NCBI GenBank assembly: GCA_964016885.1 | Contig: OZ024747.1 | Span: 59,954,001 to 60,018,000, forward strand | DNA length: 64,000 nt | DNA from: Eledone cirrhosa | Taxonomy: Eukaryota | Direction: 5' to 3' | The notes under the pieces: model-generated | Seen by the model: only the letters and a program-made list of their open reading frames with translations | The model's database searches: none | What the model was told of the DNA's origin: nothing | Translations under genes and position numbers: made by a program | In this document: in pieces, positions 54,801 to 64,000 of the stretch | How positions within the stretch are numbered: the stretch's first letter is position 1 | How the letters are laid out: each line of letters begins with the position of its first letter

Positions 54801-56000
54801 GTAACAACCATACTAATGTCGTAGTAATAACAATACTAATGTCATAGTAACAACAATACTAATGTCATAGTAACAACAATACTAATGTCACAGTAACAAC
54901 AATACTAATGTCACAGTAACAACAATACTAATGTCACAGTAACAACAATACTAATGTCATAGTAACAACAATACTAATGTCATAGTAACAACAATACTAA
55001 TGTCATAGTAACAACAATACTAATGTCACAGTAACAACCATACTAATGTCATAGTAACAACAATACTAATGTCACAGTAACAAGAATACTAATGTCGTAG
55101 TAACAACAATACTAATGTCATAGTAACACCAATACTAATGTCATAGTAACACCAATACTAATGTCGTAGTAACAACAATACTAATGTCACAGTAACACCA
55201 ATACTAATGTCACAGTAACAACAATGCTAATGTCATAGTAACAACAATACTAATGTCATAGTAACACCAATACTAATGTCACAGTAACAACAATACTAAT
55301 GTCACAGTAACAACAATACTAATGTCACAGTAACAACAATGCTAATGTCATAGTAACAACAATACTAATGTCATAGTAACAACAATACTAATGTCGTAGT
55401 AACAACCATACTAATGTCACAGTAACAACAATACTAATGTCACAGTAACAACAATACTAATGTCACAGTAACAACAATACTAATGTCACAGTAACAACAA
55501 TACTGTCACAGTAACAACAATACTAATGTCACAGTAACAACCATACTAATGTCGTAGTAACAACCATACTAATGTCACAGTAACAACAATACTAATGTCA
55601 TAGTAACAACAATACTAATGTCATAGTAACACCAATACTAATGTCACAGTAACAACAATACTAATGTCACAGTAACAACCATACTAATGTCGTAGTAACA
55701 ACCATACTAATGTCACAGTAACAACAATACTAATGTCGTAATAACAACAATACTAATGTCATAGTAACAACAATACTAATGTCATAGTAACACCAATACT
55801 AATGTCATAGTAACAACCATACTAATATCGTAGTAACAACCATACTAATGTCACAGTAACAACAATACTAATGTCGTAATAACAACAATACTAATGTCAT
55901 AGTAACAACAATACTAATGTCGTAGTAACAACAATACTAATGTCACAGTAACAACAATACTAATGTCATAGTAACAACAATACTAATGTTACAACAACAA
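51825..56000. repeat. 23-bp satellite GTAACAACAATACTAATGTC(ACA/ATA/GTA), about 180 copies
   Basis: Period of 23 verified by position. Confidence 0.98.
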
Positions 56001-56004
56001 CATC

Positions 56005-56945
56005 CCATTCCTTGATATTCCATACCATCCTCCCTATATCCACCATTCACCTGTATCATACCATTCTTTGATATTTCATACCATTCCCTGATATTCCATA
56101 CCATTCCCTGATATTCCATACCATTCCCTGATATTCCATACCATTCCTTGATATTCCATACCATTCCTTGATATTCCATACCATTCCTTGATATTCCATA
56201 CCATTCCCTGATATTCCATACCATTCCTTGATATTCCATACCATTCCTTGATATTCCATACCATTCCCTGATATTCCATACCATTCCTTGATATTCCATA
56301 CCATTCCTTGATATTCCATACCATTCCTTGATATTCCATACCATTCCTTGATATTCCATACCATTCCTTGTTATTCCATACCATTCCCTGATATTCCATA
56401 CCATTCCCTGATATTCCATACCATTCCCTGATATTCCATACCATTCCTTGATATTCCATACCATTCCTTGATATTCCATACCATTCCTTGATATTCCATA
56501 CCATTCCTTGATATTCCATACCATTCCCTGATATTCCATACCATTCCCTGATATTCCATACCATTGCCTGATATTCCATACCATTCCTTGATATTCCATA
56601 CCATTCCTTGATATTCCATACCATTCCTTGATATTCCATACCATTCCCTGATATTCCATACCATTCCCTGATATTCCGTACCATTCCTCGATATTCCATA
56701 CCATTCCTCGATATTCCATACCATTCCTCGATATTCCGTACCATTCCTCGATATTCCATACCATTCCTCCATATTCCATACCATTCCTCGATATTCCGTA
56801 CCATTCCTCGATATTCCATACCATTCCTCGATATTCCATACCATTCCTCGATATTCCATACCATTCCTCGATATTCCATACCATTCCTCCATATTCCATA
56901 CCATTCCTCCATATTCCATACCATTCCTCGATATTCCGTACCATC
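56005..56945. repeat. 20-bp satellite ATATTCCATACCATTCCYYG, about 44 copies
   Basis: Exact 20-bp periodicity. Confidence 0.98.
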
Positions 56946-57104
56946 CTCTCTATTGCTCTGACCTATTTTACACACCATTACATAGTTGTCAATCTCTTTT
57001 ATTGAACTATATTCACCATCAACCCATCTATTCCATCAATTCTATTCATCTATGTTACTGATGACAATAACAAGTTATATTATTACCACCACCACCACTA
57101 TCAT

Positions 57105-57410
57105 TCTCTCTCCCCTCTCTCTCTCTCTTTCTCTCTCCCTCTCCCCCCCTCTTTATCTCTCTCCTTCTCCCTCTTTATCTCTCTCTTTCTCTCTCCACTC
57201 TCTCTATCTCCCCTCTCTCTCTTTCTCTCTCTCCTCTCTCGCTCTTTCTATCACTCTCCTTTCCCCCCGCTCTCTCTTTCTTACTCTCTCCCTTTCTCTT
57301 TCTCTCATTCCATCTCTCTTTTTATCTCTCGCCCGCCCTCCCTCCCATCCCCCCCCTCTCTCTTCCTTCCCCCCTCTCTCTCTTCCTTCCCCCCTCTCTC
57401 TCTATCTCTC
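57105..57410. repeat. Polypyrimidine (CT) low-complexity tract
   Basis: Direct inspection. Confidence 0.9.
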
Positions 57411-57784
57411 ATCAAACATACTTTTGTAAACAACCTCAATTATTTACTACAGTCGATAAATATTCACGAGAGCTGCTGGCTCTCGTGAATATTTATACTA
57501 CACTCAATTAAAATCTCTTTCTTGATAACTTATTTTTACATTTTTTAAAAAGTTCTTTTTTTATATATCTGCTATAATATCATATCTATGTACTATTTCT
57601 AATGATATATATATATTTATATATATATATATATAATTATATTGATGCAATATATGAATATATATATTCTCGCTCTCTCTCCCTCTATATATATATATAT
57701 AAATATATATAAAGTAATAATAAATGTGAAGCGATTCTTTGCTTAAACTTTAATCTGTTCTTATAATAAATAAATATATATTTT

Positions 57785-58111
57785 TCATTTCATGTCTGCT
57801 TTTTCCCTGCTTGCAAGGGTGGGACGGGAACTGATTCTGGCTTGATTTCTACAGCTGGATGCCCTTCCTAACACCAACCTCATTTACAGTGAGTGCTGGG
57901 TGGTTTTTTGCCGTGGCACCTACACGTCCACTTTACAGTGGAATGATAGGGACCCCAGTCCCTATCATCTCATTTCTACAGCTGAGTAAACTGGAGCAAT
58001 GTGAAATAAAGTGTCTTGCTCAAGGAAACAACACATCGCCCGGTCTGAGAATTGAACTCACAAACTTTCGATTGCAAGGCCAATGCTCTAACCACTAAGC
58101 CATGTGCCTCC
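57785..58111 (-). mobile_element. CORE SINE family B
   Basis: Full-length family match. Confidence 0.9.
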
Positions 58112-59337
58112 ATTATATATATTTCTTAGGTTTATCAATACTAATGCGAAGTAAGTGTTATCTCTTTCCCACCATTTATTGCAATGGTTTACATTTTTTA
58201 ACACAATATCTTACTTTCTTCAACTTGCTTTTTTCTTCCTTTTTTCTTTTGTTTCATTCATGACCTTTGTACTGTAAGAAGCCCCAAACACTACTTCCTG
58301 GTGTCACATAAAATTCTATGTGTACTTATTTTAGTTTAATTGCTATAAACTGATGTTTTGTCTTTCGTCTCTTACTGCACTGGTCAGCGTTTGGCTTTTG
58401 TCAGATGCTGTGACCCTGGCTGGGCCAGCAGTACCATTGGCAGGGGTCGAAATTGCCAAAGTCCATCTCAATGGCAGATGATCCTAGAGTTCTGTGTCCT
58501 TTGTTTTACTTTTATTCTTAAAAAATTGTTTTTTGGTTTACATTGTTTCCATTTTGTTGTCTCCTCTTCGCTTTGTTAATTTTCATAAGTTTATATACAC
58601 AAACAAACACACACACAAAGTTATCTCGAATATCGATTTTGAAGTGTGATTGTATTAAAATTTGTAGAATAATTTTACCTGACTCTGTCATTGAGTGCAT
58701 TCTCCTGTTTTAAGAGCTTCCTTGCATTGATTTCTCATTATTCTACAAATATATATGTATATGTACGTCAATACTCATCTTTTTCCATTTATCTGAGGGT
58801 TCTAAACCCCATTATCAGGCTAAAATTCCTTTAGTCAAAAATACGGTGAAAGCTATTTATTTCCTAATTTCAAACCTGCTCACTGTTTCAAAACATACTT
58901 ACTTGCCATATATATATATATATATTTATGTATAAACTCACACACAAATGTGTGAATTAAATTTTGCTGTATTTTTGACTAAAGAAAATAATATAACAAT
59001 GAGGTATATAAGCCCACTGAACAGAGATAGATGTCCATCAGTAGACTTATATACACTGTTTTAGACTATTTTATTGAGTAAACATATGGTGAAATATTGT
59101 AATTTAATTTTCAAATTCCACTAGCCTTTTTCTAAATGCACACACATATATATATATATATATATAATGGTGAAAAAAATGGGAGGTTATATCCGTAAGT
59201 AGAGCACTCAGTCCAGAGGATGAGTTTGGTTCTCAGTACAAACTAACTTGGGTTGAAAATCCGTTGGGTCAAATGCAGGTCTTCAAGTATGGTTTGCAAA
59301 TTTGTTGCGGGACTAACTTTCTCTCTGTATGTGTTTG

Positions 59338-59407
<70 letters not shown>

Positions 59408-59411
<4 letters not shown>

Positions 59412-59668
59412 CAGATAGCTTAGTGGTTAGAGCATTGGCCTTGCAATCGAAAGGTTGTGAGTTCACTGTAGAAATGAGATGATAGGGACTGGGGTCCCTA
59501 TCATTACACTGCAAAGTGGTCGTGGAGGTGCCACGGCAAAAAAGCACCCAGCACTCACTGTAAATGAGGTTGGTGTTAGGAAGGGCATCCAGCTGTGGAA
59601 ATCAAGCCAGAATCAGTTCCCGTCCCACCCTTGCAAGCAGGGAAAAGCGGACGTATGATGATGATGAT
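59408..59668 (+). mobile_element. CORE SINE B with internal deletion of the CORE region
   Basis: GAGTTCA joined directly to CTGTAGAAATGAG. Confidence 0.85.
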
Positions 59669-60271
59669 TATATATATATATATTTAGGTATTTGCTCATA
59701 TCAACCACTCATAGATGTGCTTGTGTGTAGAGATATTGTAGAGGTGTGTATCATCATCATCACCATTTAATGTCTATTTTCCATACATGGGGCTGTCACA
59801 TTACGAGGCCTACCAGGTTATATAACCTCTTACTCATACAATCCATCCATGTTTTGGGCCTCATTTTCTACAGCTGGATGCCCTTCATACCCACAACCCC
59901 ATTACACTGTGGACTGCTTTTCATCGTGTAACCATCACCCCATCTCAAAGGGCTGACTGGATTCTTTTTTTCACATGGCACCAGCACGTCCATCTTACAA
60001 AGTGGACTGGGTGCTTTTGGCCGCATGACTACTTTACAGTTTGGGCATATATATATATGTGTGTACATATATATATATATATATATTAATAAGAGGAATT
60101 CTAACTTTGTCTGATTTACTCGTTTTATTAACAATCCTTTAAAATTTATAATGGTATTATAATGAAATAGTATGATAGAATATTAAATGTTAAGTGTTAA
60201 TTGAACAAGTACTTTCGCAATCTTCCGGTTCATAATATGTGGTGACAGTCAAGTTTGCAATTTTCAACTGT

Positions 60272-60324
<53 letters not shown>

Positions 60325-60394
60325 ATGTGTTTGTATTTATATAGGTATATATACATCAGTATGGAAAAAAGATGACATCAAATGATGATTTATA

Positions 60395-60739
60395 TCATCA
60401 TCATCATCATTTCATTTTACGTCCGCTTTTTCCCTGCTTGCAAGGGTAGGACGGGAACTGATTCTGGCTTGATTTCTACAGCTGGATGCCCTTCCTAACA
60501 CCAACCTCATTTACAGTGAGTGCTGGCTGCTTTTTTGCCGTGGCACCTCCACGACCACTTTGCAGTGGAATGATAGGGACCCCAGTCCCTATCATCTCAT
60601 TTCTACAGCTGAGTAAACTGGAGCAATGTGAAATAAAGTGTCTTGCTCAAGGAAACAACACATCACCCGGTCTGAGAATTGAACTCACAACCTTTCGATT
60701 GCAAGGCCAATGCTCTAACCACTAAGACATGTGCCTCCA
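60395..60739 (-). mobile_element. CORE SINE family B
   Basis: Full-length family match. Confidence 0.9.
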
Positions 60740-60840
60740 TTATATATCTATAATATATTGTCTCTGTTGTGTCACCAAGAGAAGTTGTATATATATATAT
60801 ATATAAGCAGGGAAAAGCGGACGTAAAATGATGATGATAA

Positions 60841-63335
60841 GGGTTATGACTTTTTTGTAAGCTTATGTTCCTGTGTTATAAATTGATGAACTTTTGTTTA
60901 AAAGAAATGAAAAAGGCATTAATTTGTTCTTGAAAAAAAAAAGTCTCCCCAAACTGAAAATACGATTTTACTATATATGCCATAAAGGTAAAAAAATAAA
61001 AATATTTAAGAAGCTTTGTTTTTCAATTTGCTAATGATGTAATTGGATAATACTTATCTATTTTTAATGCATTTAACAGTTTATAGTTATAGCATAACAT
61101 ACAAACTTAGAAAAAAAACAAAAATTGCAATCTTGCATATACAATTAGAAACTTTTATCTACAAGTAAAAATAGCTATATAAAGAAAAAGAATGTGGAAT
61201 ATTTAGCATAATTATAGCATAATATACAATTATTCTTTTTTGTTAGACAAAAGAAATCAAAGCTGAACTTTCTCTTTCTTTTTATAGACGTCATAAAGAT
61301 CTTGCAGGCACTTGATTGTCTGTTCTGCACACCGATTAGTTCTGGAAAATTTTAGTGCCGATGGTTCTGGATTCCAAAAAGTTTTCACAGAGTTTAATGC
61401 TTTTTTGTTAGTCTTTAAGATGCTGCATAGCTTCTGATAATCATCTGCATTGTAGGTTTGGTCAGTAAACCAATGGTCTGCCTACCTGTAAGAGATGGAT
61501 ATACAAATTATGAGTAGCAAGTCTCTTTTCTCTGGTAGAAGAATAAAAGCTGAAAGAGCTAGTATTACTCTCAATTCCATCTTGCATTGCTCAACTTAGG
61601 TATTTTTTCAAACTTTACTTTAGGAAATCTGCCAGTTTCTTCGAAAAAGCGGAAAACTTGAGTTAAATGAAATAGAAATTTCATATCATCATGCCATCCT
61701 GCTGTTTCAGTAATCTCTTCTTTACCATTCTTGAAATTCTTCTTGAGCTGTTTGTAGTTATTTACAAGTTCATGGATAAATGGATAATCGATATTGGGCA
61801 ATGTGTTCTTTCCTCCAAGTTTGTCACCCATTACTATGCAAAGCACTCGGTCAAGAGCATGATGTTGACAGCCAATGAATTGTGGTTCTTCCAGTTTCTT
61901 TTGAGGAAATAGTCTGTGACAATTATTTTTATGCTCTTCCATGAATTCTATTCATCCAGAACAGCTGTTATTCCTTTGACAACAGTATTCACTTTCTTCA
62001 AAACAAACACTTAATATTCTTGGCCATCAATTTGTTTGCCATCAAAATGCAATGACCAATTTTCTAAGTATAGTATTTTCCCCATTTCTTCGAGTTTAAC
62101 AGCTTCTTTTATACTAGATTTGTAAATACCAGATTGGGAAGGTGTCTCAACATCAATCCTTTCTTGAGATAATTGCTGACAAACGTTTGCTGCTTTGCTG
62201 GTTCATAAGTTTGAAGATGTTACTAATTTGATTACAGTTTTGGTTTTGCTACACTTCTTTCGTTTTCTTGTAAATTGTTCTCCAGAACTTTTGGACACTT
62301 CATATTCACTCTCTGCTTGGGTCTCTGACTCGGAAGTTGAGGTTGTTGTTGTTACTGTTGTTGTAGTTCACTCCAAAGCCACTTTTCTTCTTTTAGATGG
62401 ATGAATAGTTTTGGAACTTGCAGTCATTCTAGTTATATATCCAACATGTCCTTTGTTTTCTATCTGAAAATGATATAACCGTCTGTCCTCCCTACACAGC
62501 CATTCATCATTTTCTTCTGTGGTGTCAAAAATTTATGGATCATATTTTCCTCATTTCACACATTCATCGTAAGTGTTTAACACTTGATCCAGTTTTGCTT
62601 GCATGACTTGAGTTGATAAACTTGGGAAATTTAATTTCTCTTGCCATAAACTTGTTACTTCTTTAGTGATTCTTTTATACATTCTTTCCTTCCTTTGATG
62701 GATGCTCCAAGGAACAGATAGCAACCAACAATTTGTATTTTGAGTGGTATCGTGCTTGTTCTTTTTGTGGAACAGTTCTTATTTTCTTACGGGATTCTTG
62801 AAATTTTATGGTATTCTTTTTTTTTATGTGATTCTTCCAATTTTATGAGATTTTTCGTCCAGATCTTTTTGTTTCTTTCAGTGGTAGAAGCAGTTATTTT
62901 ATGAGACATTATGCTTAAAAACAGATACTTGGAAATCTTTCAGCAAATCAACAGTTTGCTTTCTCAGTCAGGAAGCTTGTATACTCTGAAAGAAAGAAAA
63001 ATATTTGATCATGAACACAACACACTTTTCCCATTCACCCCATCTAAATGACAACCCAACTACTGTTCATGCTTATATAGTCCCACAAAATGCACGTCAT
63101 AAATTTTCAGAAAGTTGTAGAAGGCTCCAAATAAGTTCTAGAAGTTTCCTGAAAATATTAGAAGGTGCCAGAAAGTCATAGTACTACTATACTTATATAC
63201 AATTTTAGAAATGTTATGTTGGTGGGTGACATTTAAAAAAAAACAAACAAAATTAAACCCCTCTTCATTATTTTTGAACAAAAGTTCATCGAATTATGAT
63301 ACAGGAAATCAATTATTTTACAAAAGGTCTTAACC

Positions 63336-63336
<1 letters not shown>
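60841..63336 (-). mobile_element. Decayed Sola2-like DNA transposon
   Basis: Imperfect TIRs GGGTTATGACTTTTTTGTAA / TTACAAAAGGTCTTAACCC; internal transposase remnants. Confidence 0.7.
61290..62790 (-). pseudogene. Sola2-like transposase pseudogene
   Basis: Motifs VTSLWQEKLNFP, WSLHFDGK, GCQHHALDRVL, LSNARWN with stops and frameshifts; family assignment from recalled motifs. Confidence 0.65.
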
Positions 63337-63408
<72 letters not shown>

Positions 63409-64000
63409 TATTGTGGTCAAGTCTGTGGCCTGTTACATGAGAGTCTCTCTCAGATGTTACTGAGTCATCAGACAAAAGATCAGAATAGGCAATTTCTTCA
63501 TGGTACTTCCATTAATATGTATTGAATAATATATATAACTACCAACAGTTAAAATACCTTATTTCCCACTTAATAGAATTGCCATACCTTAAACATGATC
63601 AGACTTTCAGATAGTCATCAACATTAAAATTTCCTAAGCAGTAGCCATTTTGCTTACTTTCATGTGTTTTTACACTTATGCTACACACACATTTAAAGAT
63701 TTTAAGTTTTAGCATTTGAATAGATGGATATATTATGTGTTTAGATAATAAGGGCTGAAACACTCCCTTGAATGGGGTTTCTTCTTTGAAGAACTTCTGT
63801 CTAGTTCTCCTGAGAGTTTCTTACTACTGTTTAACATATCATAATTGAGTAGATATTGGGAATTTTGTAATGGGCTTTCAGTAATCAAGGAAATCTAGAT
63901 GACTGATCATATTCTGATATGTTTATGAACATTTTTGCCTATAAGATATCACACGCTTTCCTCCTCCTGAATCTTTTTAATAATTGGCAATTTGATACTC

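Noticed and set aside
55943-56978. Minus-strand ORFs (MVWNIKEWYGISRNGMEYQG)n
   Set aside because: A 20-bp unit that is stop-free in all three frames; no unique coding flanks
63740-64000. Short minus-strand frame or pogo HTH-like start
   Set aside because: Stops in all frames, truncated by the window edge, no recognisable motif

Overview
AT-rich eukaryotic (animal) DNA that is almost entirely repeat-derived. The SINE and RTE families and the TA/CA microsatellite load suggest an octopus or other coleoid cephalopod; this is an inference. No intact host protein-coding gene is evident, and most track ORFs are microsatellite artefacts. Contents: about 25 copies of a tRNA-derived SINE; about 9 CORE-type SINEs, most with an RTE-derived tail; several decayed RTE LINEs, one with a PHD-like finger inside the RT; three tandem non-autonomous RTE elements ending in a C2H2 finger; a decayed Sola2-like transposon; a non-autonomous Helitron; several MITEs; and three large satellites (48/51, 23 and 20 bp units). 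The most notable signal, read by eye, is a set of unrelated short elements embedded in (TA)n/(CA)n tracts that carry minimal hammerhead-ribozyme cores and often an inverted terminal copy. This matches Penelope-like pseudo-LTR or retrozyme remnants. There are also weak hints of a minus-strand spliced transcript, an ETS-type promoter patch and an RFX X-box.
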